A DNA stretch of 64,000 nt from a virus. A program made the translations under genes and the position numbers. Under the pieces are notes generated by a model. It searched no databases and had not been told where the DNA came from. It saw only the letters and a program-made list of their open reading frames with translations. The stretch covers positions 32,001 to 96,000 of IMG/VR virus record IMGVR_UViG_3300020583_000010; one strand, given 5' to 3'. Shown here piece after piece: positions 1-9,496 of the stretch. The stretch's first letter is position 1. Each line of letters begins with the position of its first letter.

Positions 1-153
1 TGGTGCATCCTCATAGAAGTGTACCTGGGTGATCTTTGTCCACTCATTGTTACCGGTTTCGAAGTTGTAGCCGACTGTTTCATCACCCACTTGTACCTTA
101 TCATATGTGAGCCATCCGCGCTTTGTTAGAATCATAGTATCCAGTGGGACACA
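1..153 (-). mobile_element. Intein (N-terminal part) inserted in tape measure SLT domain
   Basis: ...RYIEATYG|CVPLDTMILTKRGWLTYDKVQVGDETVGYN is a classic intein block A starting at Cys (153-151). Confidence 0.88.
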
Positions 154-3100
154 TCCGTAAGTAGCCTCGATATAGCGGATAGCCGCTGCTACGTTGGCAA
201 TCGGATTCAAAAGGTCATCCGGCAGAGATGACACGCGGTAAGCCTCAAAAGTAGGCTTGATAACCTGAGCCAACCCCTCAGAAGGTGTACCTGCTGCTGC
301 GTTAGAGTCAGAGTTGTTTACCGCTGAAGCATTCCATCCTGACTCTCTCTGAATAAGAGTATTAAGTCCTGCCTCCCACACACCCCATGAAGAAGTAGGG
401 ACGCCAGCCGCCTGTAGTGCGGCATCAATAATGCCCTTCTGGCTTCCTGATGGAATTACTCCACCTATATCATTGTACTTCTTATCTTGAGCTGTAAGGA
501 AAGAATCAATGGCTGCCTTAAATCCTAGAGCACCTGTTTTTAGAACAGACTCAGGAACACTCTTAGGGTCTGACAGTGTATTAACAGCAGGAGATGCGAA
601 AGTGTTCCAGCCTGCGTCAAAGGCGCCCTTCATAGCGCCTAATACAAGGCCCTTGATGAAAGACTCTGCTGCCCCGAGACCAGTAGTTGTACTCTGGTTA
701 GGATTCGACTGCTGCTGCTTTGTAAGCTGGCCAGGAGTGGGTACTGAACCACCAGGATTTGTAACAGGACCATTTCCTGTGGGACTTGTAGGATTAGTTA
801 TCGGACCTCCGCCAGCAAGTCCTGGAACTCCGCCTCCACTAGCAAACTTAGGACTACCGCCAGCGCCTCCTGTGAGGCGCTGCTGTGTCATAACACCTAA
901 GAATGTCTGATTACTGTCTCCTGAACTGATAAGATTCTTATCAGCATGGTTCAACCAGTGCAGCATATCACTGCCTAGAGCCTGAGCTGCCTTCTTGCGA
1001 ATTACAAACTCACCAGGTGTTAGTCTGGCCAGTGTAGAGTCGCTGGTATCAGTCTCTCCCAGGTTACCCTGGACATGTCCACCGGCAGCTAGCTTACTCA
1101 CATCATTAATGTGAGGAGCGCCTGGGATAACTCCAATAACATCGTCAATAAAGTGAATAACTGGATTGATTACTCCAGTTATGACTGAGTTTATAGCACC
1201 CTTGAAAGCCCCTTCAATACTGCTACCTAGCCCACTAAGGAAAGTCGAGATGGGTTGAATTACCTTTGAGGTAAAGAACCCTGATACTGAGTCAAACCAG
1301 TGTGGAATAGTTTGACTAAAGAAGCTGGGAATAGTATTCATAATGAAGTCTTTAATAGGATTATAGACATCATTTGTAAAGAAGCCGCCCACAGTGGAGA
1401 ACCACTTAGGTATTGTGGTTGTAAAGAAGCTTACAAAATCATTAGTGATCCAATTCTTTATAGGTGTGTAAACCTGTTGTGTGAACCAAGATTCTACTGT
1501 GGAGAACCATTTAGGTATAGTTGTAGTAAAGAACGATACGAAGTCGTTAGAAACCCAGTTCTTTATAGGTGTGTAAACCTGTTGTGTGAACCACTTGCCT
1601 ACGGTACTAAACCAGCTAGGTATAGTTGTAGTAAAGAACGATACGAAGTCTTTAGAAACCCAGTTCTTCACAGGGGTATAGACATCTTGTGTGAACCATT
1701 TACCTGCTGTGCTAAACCACTGTGGGATAGTAGAGGTAAAGAACGATACGAAGTCTTTAGAAACCCAGTTCTTCACGGGAGTATAGACATTCCTAGTGAA
1801 AGCACCCCCAGCACTTTCAAACCAATGAGGTATAGTAGAAGTAAAGAATCCAACAAAGTCTCTAGATACCCAGTTCTTCACCGGAGTGTAGACATCTCGC
1901 ATAAAGCTAGCTGAAGCTGTTCTAAACCAGTTGGGAATAGTAGTCGTGAAGAAGCCGACGAAGTCTCTAGATACCCAGTTCTTCACCGGAGTATAAGCAT
2001 CCCGCATAAACCAGCTGCCCACACTCTTAAACCAGCCAGAGATAGAACTGTTGGCAGCCTTTTCCCAGCCTGCATTTCCAGTAAAGAAGTCTCCTATAGC
2101 TTTATTCGCTGCTTTCTCCCAGCCTGACTTATCTGTGAAGAAGTTAGCTACAGCAGTATTAGAAGCTTTCTGCCATCCCTGATTTCCAGTAAAGAAATCC
2201 TTGATGGCCCGATTAGAAGCCTTTTCCCACTGAGTATCATCAGTGAAGAAGTTCTTAATAGCTATACCTTCAACATCTCGCACAGCCTTGGCTATTTGTC
2301 CTAGCTCTGAAGAGTCTGAAGTGGGACCTCCTGGGGTTCCTGGTGATCCAGGCTGCGCCTGCTGAGCAGGTACATAACCCTTCTGGCCTGGTCTTCCCTG
2401 CGCTGGAATATAAGGAGTAGCAGGTACTGAAGGAGTACCTGGGGAGTTTAACTTGTCCTGCTCCTGGCGTAGAGCCGACTTAGGATTAGTGACTCCGGTA
2501 ACTAAGTAAGCAACAAGAGCCGCACCTAGCGCAGTCGCGATTATACCAGCGGCAGCATCTCCAATAGTGAATTTGCCGCCATCTAGCGCATTCTTGTCAG
2601 CGGCAACACCTTCCTTATCTGCGGCAGTACCTTGTCCCGTAGCGGCTGTCAACTGCTTGTTTGCGGCATCCAACATTGTATCAGCCGCTGTCTGCATCTT
2701 TCCAGCAGTCGAGGTGTCTGCAACGCCCCCACCTGGAAGATTAACCCCAGGAAGTTTATTGAGCATGTCAACAAGACCAGACCACTTAGCAGAGGCTAGA
2801 TCTGAAAGCTTTCCAACAAGCGATAGCAGAGACGCTGAAACTACTACAGTAGCCATAACCCCGAACAGAGATGAAAGACCTGCCATCAGGTCTTTATTAG
2901 AATCCAACCACCTAAAGAAAGTATCCAGCGGATGAATAACTACATCAAGAGCTATCTGGGAAATATCATGGAAAATCTTTGACATTGTAGGCAGCGCACC
3001 AGCTACTATATCTGTCAAAGTCTTAAGTACAGGCTTAAGACCTTCAGCTATGCTAGCCACATCTGTTAGAATATTACCCAAGAACTTCAAGAACTCAGGT

Positions 3101-6100
3101 TTTACTAGCGCCCCAAATAGATCTACTAAAGCCTTGGCAATCTTTCCTAGGCCAGACAGGAAAGTCTCAGTGTCTGTTACCCATACCTTGAAGTTGACCT
3201 TATTTGCGTCATCTGCAATAGTATTAAGACCCTTACCTATACCGGTAAGGATGAAGTTACCTATAGGAGCTAGACCAGAACCCCAGTTATCAAATATGCG
3301 AGCTACGCCCCTGGCTATGTTCCCTACCTCAGCCAGTGCAATCATCATCTGGTTGAAGAAGTCTTTAAAACCACCATTCTTAGCAGTGGCATTAGAAACA
3401 TTTACCATACCTTGAGTAAATGTATCAAACCACTTAGCAATTATCACAGTGTATGGAGCTGCGGCAGTTGCCACTGTTCCCAGAACAGTCAGTAAATTAG
3501 TCACTGTATGACCGAAGGACACAAGACCATTAGCAGCAGCTTCAGAGATTGTAGTAAACTCTGAGCTCTTCATAAAGCTTATAAAGCCTTGAAGGATAGG
3601 TTGTAAAGCTTGACCGATAGCCTTAGACATATTAACTAAAGCAGTTGTTATCGGAGGAACAATGTCTTTAAGACCACCCAAAGGCCCGGCGATACCAGAC
3701 GCCAGGTTGGTAGCCATCTGGGGTACTACTTTTGATATATCATCAAATGCGCTTTGGAAAGCCTTCAGATCTTTAGCCACCTGCTGTATGGGTGTGCTGA
3801 AACTCTCGAACTGGGTCTGCGCCTGCCCTGAAACAAAACCTAAAGTGCCAGTTAAATCTTTAAAGGCAGCCTCTATCGGACCTATAGATAATTGCAGAGC
3901 TTTGAGAGCCTCTATCATTCCAACGACTACTGGAAGGAAAGTGGCAAATACACCGACAAGAGGTGAAAGCGCTCCAATAAGTCCACCAATAGCGGCGCCT
4001 AGACCAACTATAGCAGAAGCAATAGTTGGAATCAATGTGGCAAATACCATTAATGGAGCTATAAAACTAACTAGAGAACCTAGGGAACCTAAAATTCCAG
4101 ATACTCCTGCGTTAGCAGCTCCACCAAGACTACCAAGAATACCACCTATCCCGCCGCCAGAACCGCCTTCTGAAGAGGCAGCAGCAGATAGCCGCATAAA
4201 GTCTGCCGCCAGATCGTCTAGCCCACTCTTTAGATTTTTACCCATGCCCCACAGGTTTTGCCAACTGGCTGTAGTGTCATCTGCTGCTTTCTTAGCAGCC
4301 AGTTGCTTAACATTAAGTTTATCTAAGGCATCGCTATCAGCATTAATAGCTACAGTTGAGGCTGTTAGTTTAGCTATCATCGCATCTATAGTAGACGTGA
4401 GATCAGGATAAGTCTTCTTTAAAGAAAGTAAAGAATTTACAAGGCTCTGATTCTTTGTTATAGCTTGATCAGAGTTTACAGTGCCTTTTGCAATAGAAGT
4501 ATTAAGGTCATTCATTGCTTTCTGAATACCGGTTAGAGCAGTATTTGCAAATACCGTATCCAGAGTCTTCAGATTAGACAGTGAAGCAACATTAGCATCT
4601 ATCTTTGTGCGGTTATCATCAAGTATAGTTGAGAATTTAGCCATCTGACCTAGCACTGAATCAATACCAGATACAGTCTTATCAGAAGCTCCTGTAACTT
4701 CTCCAGCAGAAGCAGCAAGTTTATCTAGACTACTCTTAGCCTCATCAGTGGTCATCGTCCCCTTGGAGACCGCTGTTGCTACGTCATCATACCCCTTTTG
4801 AAGGTCAGAGAGGGATTGCTTAGCAGAACTCTCTGCCAGCTCGCTTACTACTGTCTGTGACTTATTATATTTGTCTAAGTCATCTGCACTCTTAATTACT
4901 GATGAGGACAGTGTGTCAAAGCGAGCTCTAAGTTCATTTACTGCTGATACTGCCTGTGGATCATCTAAAGCAGTTGCCGCTGTTGCCAGTTGTTTAAGCT
5001 GAGGAGCAGTTTTAAGCATCGAACTAGACAAACTACCCAGGTCTACATCGCCTCTTTGTACGGCGCTGGCCCAGTCGACTAATTTACTTCTCAGGTCTTC
5101 TAACTTAGTCTGGAAGTTAAGAGTATTAGTACCTGTTTTTTCAGCATCATCTCCGAACTTTAGAAATTCATCCCCGGCATTACTCATACCGGCTTTCATT
5201 TCTTGAAGCCGGGTACCTAGACTATCGAGCTCCGGACCAGTATCTGTTATCCAGGCGCGAGCTGCCGGGTTATCAAGGCCTTCTGCTGAGGACTGTATAG
5301 CCTTGTAATTCTTCTGTATTGTAGAAAACTGAGTTAACAGTTGATCACTAAAGCCACTACCGATAGACTTCTCAAGTTGAGAGATCTTTGTATCTACCTT
5401 GTCCATCTGCGTAGCGAGGTCAGCACCCGCAGCGGTAGAAGCTCTGAAGGCAGGAGGCAGAACATCAGCAGCTGTACCTACATCTTCAGTATCTTTTTTA
5501 ACTCCTTGAAGCGTATTTGCTAGGTCTTCCGCATCCCTACTAGCTCCAGTAAATGCGCCAGGCGCTGTAGACATTTCTGGAGAAACATTCTGTGCCGCTC
5601 TCGCAGCAGATGCTGCCTTAGCTTCAGCAGAAAGCATTCCCCCTTCTTGAGTCAACTTGGCCGCATTAGCCTCTGCTTGGGCTCTTAAAGCAGCCGCTGC
5701 ATCCTGTTCTGCCTGAGACGCGTACTTATCAGAGGCAACAGCAGGACGTGGAGGACGCTCTCCCACCATAGAGGATACTGGAGCCTCAGCTCTAGCATTA
5801 GCAACTTTTTGGGCTTCTTGATAATCTTTGAATGCTTGCTGACTTGCAGTAAGAGAATTGGTAGCGTCATCTGCGCTATTAGCTACCTTACTAAGATCAT
5901 CACTAACACCCTTTAGAGGAGAACTAGAGCTAGCAGCAGAGTTAGCAGCATCTGTAATACCCTTACTGAAATCAGATGCACTACTCTTTGTCTCGTCTAG
6001 CGAGCTGCTTAGAGCATCTGACTTGTCCTTCGCTGTTTCCATGCCCAGGCTGGAGTCTTCCAGGGCAGCATTCATCAACTCTGAACTTGTCTTAGAGTCA

Positions 6101-6798
6101 GCAAGTGCCGCACTTAAAGCATCTGTTCCCAGAGTTGATTTCTGAGCAGCTTCATTAAGATTACTAAGTCCACTACTGGCAACTGTAGACAGAGCGGTAT
6201 CTAGAAGGCTAGCTCCGCTGGCAGAGTCTGTCAGCGAGCTCTTTAGGTCAGTGGCACTTAGTTTGGATTTATCCAGAGCCGCAGCAGCATCTGTAATGCC
6301 CTTATCTAGATCAGAGGCTGCCTTGGCTGTATCTTCATAAGATGTAGCTAAGTCATCAACTGTCTTTTTAGTGCTAGCCAACGCTGTGTTATCTTGAAGA
6401 CGAGCCTGCGTCTGGTTCTTCATATCCTGAAGAGCCTGATCAGCAGTTAATCGTCCGCCTGTCTTAGCCTGGTATAGACGCTGCCAAGACGGAGTTTCCT
6501 GGCTATCACGGAAGTTCTTAGCATCCTGAGGAGTATTAAAACCTTGATTTACTGCCCTATTATAGAGATCAGTACTCTGGGCTGCCTTAATAGCATCTAG
6601 AGCGCTTTTGCTAAACGCATCGGACTTTAACTTCTCAGCGTCTGAAGCAGCCTTATCAGAGTCAGCTATTTCTTTATTAGCTCCAGCTGCATTAGCCTTA
6701 AGGGAATCAATAGCAGCATTAGCCTCGGCAACCTTGAGCATCAAGTCATCAAAGTCGGCAGTGGCGCGATAAATTACGTCAAAAGGCGTGGTCGCCAG
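1..6798 (-). CDS. Tape measure protein (partial, runs off left edge) with C-terminal lytic transglycosylase (SLT) domain and an intein
   Basis: Minus-strand frame translated by hand at both ends (same frame). Ala/Ser-rich helical body, W/F-periodic repeats, SLT motif LIQRESGWN...GLAQVI...NPIANVAAAIRYI. Follows the tail chaperone. Start ambiguous (6811, 6798 or 6741). Confidence 0.93.
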   Translation of the reverse strand, partial: MATTPFDVIYRATADFDDLMLKVAEANAAIDSLKANAAGANKEIADSDKAASDAEKLKSDAFSKSALDAIKAAQSTDLYNRAVNQGFNTPQDAKNFRDSQETPSWQRLYQAKTGGRLTADQALQDMKNQTQARLQDNTALASTKKTVDDLATSYEDTAKAASDLDKGITDAAAALDKSKLSATDLKSSLTDSASGASLLDTALSTVASSGLSNLNEAAQKSTLGTDALSAALADSKTSSELMNAALEDSSLGMETAKDKSDALSSSLDETKSSASDFSKGITDAANSAASSSSPLKGVSDDLSKVANSADDATNSLTASQQAFKDYQEAQKVANARAEAPVSSMVGERPPRPAVASDKYASQAEQDAAAALRAQAEANAAKLTQEGGMLSAEAKAASAARAAQNVSPEMSTAPGAFTGASRDAEDLANTLQGVKKDTEDVGTAADVLPPAFRASTAAGADLATQMDKVDTKISQLEKSIGSGFSDQLLTQFSTIQKNYKAIQSSAEGLDNPAARAWITDTGPELDSLGTRLQEMKAGMSNAGDEFLKFGDDAEKTGTNTLNFQTKLEDLRSKLVDWASAVQRGDVDLGSLSSSMLKTAPQLKQLATAATALDDPQAVSAVNELRARFDTLSSSVIKSADDLDKYNKSQTVVSELAESSAKQSLSDLQKGYDDVATAVSKGTMTTDEAKSSLDKLAASAGEVTGASDKTVSGIDSVLGQMAKFSTILDDNRTKIDANVASLSNLKTLDTVFANTALTGIQKAMNDLNTSIAKGTVNSDQAITKNQSLVNSLLSLKKTYPDLTSTIDAMIAKLTASTVAINADSDALDKLNVKQLAAKKAADDTTASWQNLWGMGKNLKSGLDDLAADFMRLSAAASSEGGSGGGIGGILGSLGGAANAGVSGILGSLGSLVSFIAPLMVFATLIPTIASAIVGLGAAIGGLIGALSPLVGVFATFLPVVVGMIEALKALQLSIGPIEAAFKDLTGTLGFVSGQAQTQFESFSTPIQQVAKDLKAFQSAFDDISKVVPQMATNLASGIAGPLGGLKDIVPPITTALVNMSKAIGQALQPILQGFISFMKSSEFTTISEAAANGLVSFGHTVTNLLTVLGTVATAAAPYTVIIAKWFDTFTQGMVNVSNATAKNGGFKDFFNQMMIALAEVGNIARGVARIFDNWGSGLAPIGNFILTGIGKGLNTIADDANKVNFKVWVTDTETFLSGLGKIAKALVDLFGALVKPEFLKFLGNILTDVASIAEGLKPVLKTLTDIVAGALPTMSKIFHDISQIALDVVIHPLDTFFRWLDSNKDLMAGLSSLFGVMATVVVSASLLSLVGKLSDLASAKWSGLVDMLNKLPGVNLPGGGVADTSTAGKMQTAADTMLDAANKQLTAATGQGTAADKEGVAADKNALDGGKFTIGDAAAGIIATALGAALVAYLVTGVTNPKSALRQEQDKLNSPGTPSVPATPYIPAQGRPGQKGYVPAQQAQPGSPGTPGGPTSDSSELGQIAKAVRDVEGIAIKNFFTDDTQWEKASNRAIKDFFTGNQGWQKASNTAVANFFTDKSGWEKAANKAIGDFFTGNAGWEKAANSSISGWFKSVGSWFMRDAYTPVKNWVSRDFVGFFTTTIPNWFRTASASFMRDVYTPVKNWVSRDFVGFFTSTIPHWFESAGGAFTRNVYTPVKNWVSKDFVSFFTSTIPQWFSTAGKWFTQDVYTPVKNWVSKDFVSFFTTTIPSWFSTVGKWFTQQVYTPIKNWVSNDFVSFFTTTIPKWFSTVESWFTQQVYTPIKNWITNDFVSFFTTTIPKWFSTVGGFFTNDVYNPIKDFIMNTIPSFFSQTIPHWFDSVSGFFTSKVIQPISTFLSGLGSSIEGAFKGAINSVITGVINPVIHFIDDVIGVIPGAPHINDVSKLAAGGHVQGNLGETDTSDSTLARLTPGEFVIRKKAAQALGSDMLHWLNHADKNLISSGDSNQTFLGVMTQQRLTGGAGGSPKFASGGGVPGLAGGGPITNPTSPTGNGPVTNPGGSVPTPGQLTKQQQSNPNQSTTTGLGAAESFIKGLVLGAMKGAFDAGWNTFASPAVNTLSDPKSVPESVLKTGALGFKAAIDSFLTAQDKKYNDIGGVIPSGSQKGIIDAALQAAGVPTSSWGVWEAGLNTLIQRESGWNASAVNNSDSNAAAGTPSEGLAQVIKPTFEAYRVSSLPDDLLNPIANVAAAIRYIEATYGCVPLDTMILTKRGWLTYDKVQVGDETVGYNFETGNNEWTKITQVHFYEDAP
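1240..2270 (-). repeat. Degenerate 11/22-residue coding repeats within tape measure gene
   Basis: Recurring blocks such as gtaaagaacgatacgaagtc and acccagttcttcac at roughly 110-120 nt spacing; aromatic periodicity in the protein. Confidence 0.75.
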
Positions 6799-6811
6799 GA
6801 ACGCTTACCAC

Positions 6812-7273
6812 TTAAACCACCTCCCCTAACGAGTTGTCTAGTATATCAATGACGAGTTTAATATGATCTCCACTAAAGTACTCATTACCTTTTACAGGAA
6901 GCACTCCTGCGAGTTTAAAAGTGTCTTTAATATGATTTTCAATATGTAAAGCTTTTCCCTCGGGGAGATTCTCAAAAACCCGAATTATAGTAGAGTATCC
7001 AGCAATCTTATGCTTTGAGTTTCTACCGGAACAGGCATTGCAGATAGAGTGTCCTTGTTGCACAGCATTTGGTGAGCACTTGACTTCGTGTCCTTTTTTA
7101 CACCTGATAGAATGTCTGAGTGTAGAATTAATATACTCTGGTTCAAGGAGTTCTGCGCCCGCTTCCTGTAAAGCGCTATAAAATGCCTCAGCGGCTCTTC
7201 TCTTACTATCAATAGCACTCTGTCTGGGATATGACGACTTAACTAACATATCGCCTGGCACACTAGTTGACAT
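6812..7273 (-). CDS. Zinc-ribbon / truncated T5orf172 (GIY-YIG-like) endonuclease-type protein
   Basis: C-x2-GH...C-x2-C module and PVKGNEYF end shared with 19208..20092. Confidence 0.65.
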   Translation of the reverse strand: MSTSVPGDMLVKSSYPRQSAIDSKRRAAEAFYSALQEAGAELLEPEYINSTLRHSIRCKKGHEVKCSPNAVQQGHSICNACSGRNSKHKIAGYSTIIRVFENLPEGKALHIENHIKDTFKLAGVLPVKGNEYFSGDHIKLVIDILDNSLGEVV

Positions 7274-7302
7274 CAGGCTACCTTCCCGCGTCCAGCGCTA
7301 CT

Positions 7303-7340
7303 AATAAGAAACCCGACAGCATTAAGCTGTCAGGCTCTTT
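7303..7340 (-). terminator. Rho-independent terminator
   Basis: CCTGACAGC-ttaat-GCTGTCGGG followed by TTTCTTATT on minus strand. Confidence 0.65.
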
Positions 7341-7367
7341 GAGGACCCACTTAAAACATCGGTACAA

Positions 7368-7994
7368 CTACCAGATCTCAGGTGGTCCTTCAGGAAGATC
7401 TTCCCATCCTAAGCCGGTCTGGTTCACAGACTCTGGAGCATCTGCAAACTCAGTGGGCGCTCCCAGAGGAGCCCACATAGGCTGAGGGCCATCCGGGAGG
7501 TTATCCAGCTGTCCTACATCCCCTTCAAACTTCTGGACACCGGTGTCCAACTTTCCCCCACCCAGCAGAGTTGTTAGATCACTCACTGAAAGAGAACTTG
7601 TCTTATTCTCTTCCGCCTCTTTAAATTTGGCCTCAGCTGGAGTATCAAGACTAATATTATCAAGAGCCCTGTGAAACTTCTCTCCATCTTCAGGATTAGC
7701 ATACTGCCCAATACTGGCTACAGTATGAGCTAAAGTCTTAACAGACCATGTCATATATTGTCTGTTTCTGAAATCCTCATAATAATGGCGCTCAGAGATT
7801 GCAGCAGTCATCATTCGTATTTCTTTGATAGACAGATCTTTAGCTGTTTCTAGAGTATATCCGCTGTAAGAACTTAAGATAAGGTCGAAGGCTCTGACGA
7901 AACCTCCGAGGTACTCTGAGCCGGAGAACTCTGGGGTGTATCTAGTTGCCCTGTCTTCTGAGCCAGACTGAGCAACTTCATCACTTTTTTTCCC
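7368..7994 (-). CDS. Tail assembly chaperone, frameshift-extended part (gpT-like)
   Basis: -1 frame is open from the slippery site GGGAAAA (7994-7988) to the stop at 7368. Confidence 0.8.
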   Translation of the reverse strand, partial: GKKSDEVAQSGSEDRATRYTPEFSGSEYLGGFVRAFDLILSSYSGYTLETAKDLSIKEIRMMTAAISERHYYEDFRNRQYMTWSVKTLAHTVASIGQYANPEDGEKFHRALDNISLDTPAEAKFKEAEENKTSSLSVSDLTTLLGGGKLDTGVQKFEGDVGQLDNLPDGPQPMWAPLGAPTEFADAPESVNQTGLGWEDLPEGPPEIW

Positions 7995-8431
7995 AAGGCA
8001 GCCAGATCAGCTGACTCACGTCTCACAATAGCCTCAATAAGGTCAACCATGTCTTCGGGATCGGGATTAGACAATGTTTGAGCTACATGCTGCTGAAGGG
8101 CAGCATTGTCTTCACGAGTCTTCTTGTCTGTTCCTTTACGAAGATCAGCAGGTTCTACCATATCATATAGGAATCCAACAACCTCATCAAAAGAATCTGG
8201 AATACTGACACCTATGAAAGCTACTAGTCTTCCTAGAATCTCATCTTCTGACCCGGCCAGTAGACCAGCAGTACCTTGTGCGGCCATGAGCTGCATAGCA
8301 GGACCATGAGTAAGAATCTTAAGGAGTTTGAAGAACTGACGAGCCTTTAGATCTACAAGGCGCAGTCTAGTCCCGTCACTAAGAGTAAGGACATCATCAG
8401 ACGGAGTTAACACATCTAGCTCATTGGACAT
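7874..8431 (-). CDS. Tail assembly chaperone (gpG-like)
   Basis: Between major tail and tape measure; contains TTG GGA AAA AAA slippery site. Confidence 0.85.
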   Translation of the reverse strand: MSNELDVLTPSDDVLTLSDGTRLRLVDLKARQFFKLLKILTHGPAMQLMAAQGTAGLLAGSEDEILGRLVAFIGVSIPDSFDEVVGFLYDMVEPADLRKGTDKKTREDNAALQQHVAQTLSNPDPEDMVDLIEAIVRRESADLAALGKKVMKLLSLAQKTGQLDTPQSSPAQSTSEVSSEPSTLS

Positions 8432-8484
8432 ATTTTCCAGCCTTCTTGGCTACATTAAGGAAGATTGTATTCAGTTGTGTCTAA

Positions 8485-8494
8485 TATAATCGGC
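8485..8494 (-). promoter_or_regulatory. Putative late promoter motif GCCGATTATA
   Basis: One of 11 CCGATWA-type copies upstream of late genes. Confidence 0.6.
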
Positions 8495-8499
8495 AAAGC

Positions 8500-8530
8500 A
8501 AGAAAACCCCTCCGAAGAAGGGTTTTCTTT
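8500..8530 (-). terminator. Rho-independent terminator after major tail gene
   Basis: AAGAAAACCC...GGGTTTTCTT inverted repeat. Confidence 0.7.
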
Positions 8531-8560
8531 GGCTTAAAAATAGCCTTTGACCTGCAATGA

Positions 8561-9166
8561 TTACGTAGGATTTCCGCTTCCATATGAGGCGGTAGTACCA
8601 CCGGTAAGGTTACCAGGAGATAGAACAACTCGACCAATAGTCGGATTAGTAAGGGCTACGCCTTGCTCGTCATTATTCGAGTATAGTGCAGTACCTGAGC
8701 AGTTGAAGTTAAGACCAGTCTTGTAAGCGGGACCAGTGAAGTTAATTGGGTTGAACTGCACCTTATACAGGATAATGTCAAATGTCAACTGCTTACTACT
8801 TGAGTCCTTAGCAGTTGAACGAAGACGCATTGACTGTGTAGGCTGGTTAAGAGAAGCCAAGTCCCACAGAGGCATCGAGTAGTAGTCTGATGGGGCGGTA
8901 CCAGATGAACCGATTGTAACTCCGGTGATCAGTGAGTACATAGCCCAAGGTACGAACCCGGTCTCAATAGTCACTGTGGCATAGTCAGACCATACCCAAC
9001 GCGATAGAACTCGGTCATTACCAGTGTTATCATACTGGCTGATGTTAGCAGATAGGGTACCTGTACGGACACCGTAAATTGCCTGCTGATCAGCACCTGT
9101 AGTGCCATTCAGAATAGAGGCTGCGGAAAGCGAGAAGGCCTCTGAGTTGCCACTAAATGCTGCCAT
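8561..9166 (-). CDS. Major tail (tube) protein
   Basis: 201 aa, beta-rich, directly upstream of chaperone; strong SD; followed by terminator. Confidence 0.8.
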   Translation of the reverse strand: MAAFSGNSEAFSLSAASILNGTTGADQQAIYGVRTGTLSANISQYDNTGNDRVLSRWVWSDYATVTIETGFVPWAMYSLITGVTIGSSGTAPSDYYSMPLWDLASLNQPTQSMRLRSTAKDSSSKQLTFDIILYKVQFNPINFTGPAYKTGLNFNCSGTALYSNNDEQGVALTNPTIGRVVLSPGNLTGGTTASYGSGNPT

Positions 9167-9218
9167 TAGTGTTCCTCACCTTAGAAAGAGTCAAGTTGAG
9201 GCTCCAAGCCTCTCCTTC

Positions 9219-9229
9219 CTATAATCGGC
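9219..9229 (-). promoter_or_regulatory. Putative late promoter motif GCCGATTATAG
   Basis: Intergenic, ~55 nt upstream of major tail start. Confidence 0.6.
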
Positions 9230-9238
9230 ATAAGATAA

Positions 9239-9496
9239 TTAGTCTTCTAGGCCTGATATAAGCTCATCAGTACCATCCTCATACTGAATACAGGTTTCCC
9301 AAAGTTCCCCGTTGATAGCATAGCGGTGTAGGACTCGAAAGATACCCTGTCCTTTTTTCCTCCGTGCTCTAGCACAGTCAGAGCATGCTAACTCCATCAA
9401 GTTTCCATTTGTTACTACTGGCTTATCTCCGTCAGCCACTACTTTTAGAAAAAGCCTATTAGGAGAATTAGGGCATCGCACATCGAACTCAGGCAT
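9239..9496 (-). CDS. Small Cys/His (putative zinc-binding) protein
   Basis: VRCP...CSDC...HRY; overlaps upstream gene. Confidence 0.65.
   Translation of the reverse strand: MPEFDVRCPNSPNRLFLKVVADGDKPVVTNGNLMELACSDCARARRKKGQGIFRVLHRYAINGELWETCIQYEDGTDELISGLED

Noticed and set aside
509-6145. Plus-strand ORFs of 60-249 aa in the ORF track
   Set aside because: Antisense shadows of the tape measure gene, including the repetitive Cys-rich 1300..1914.
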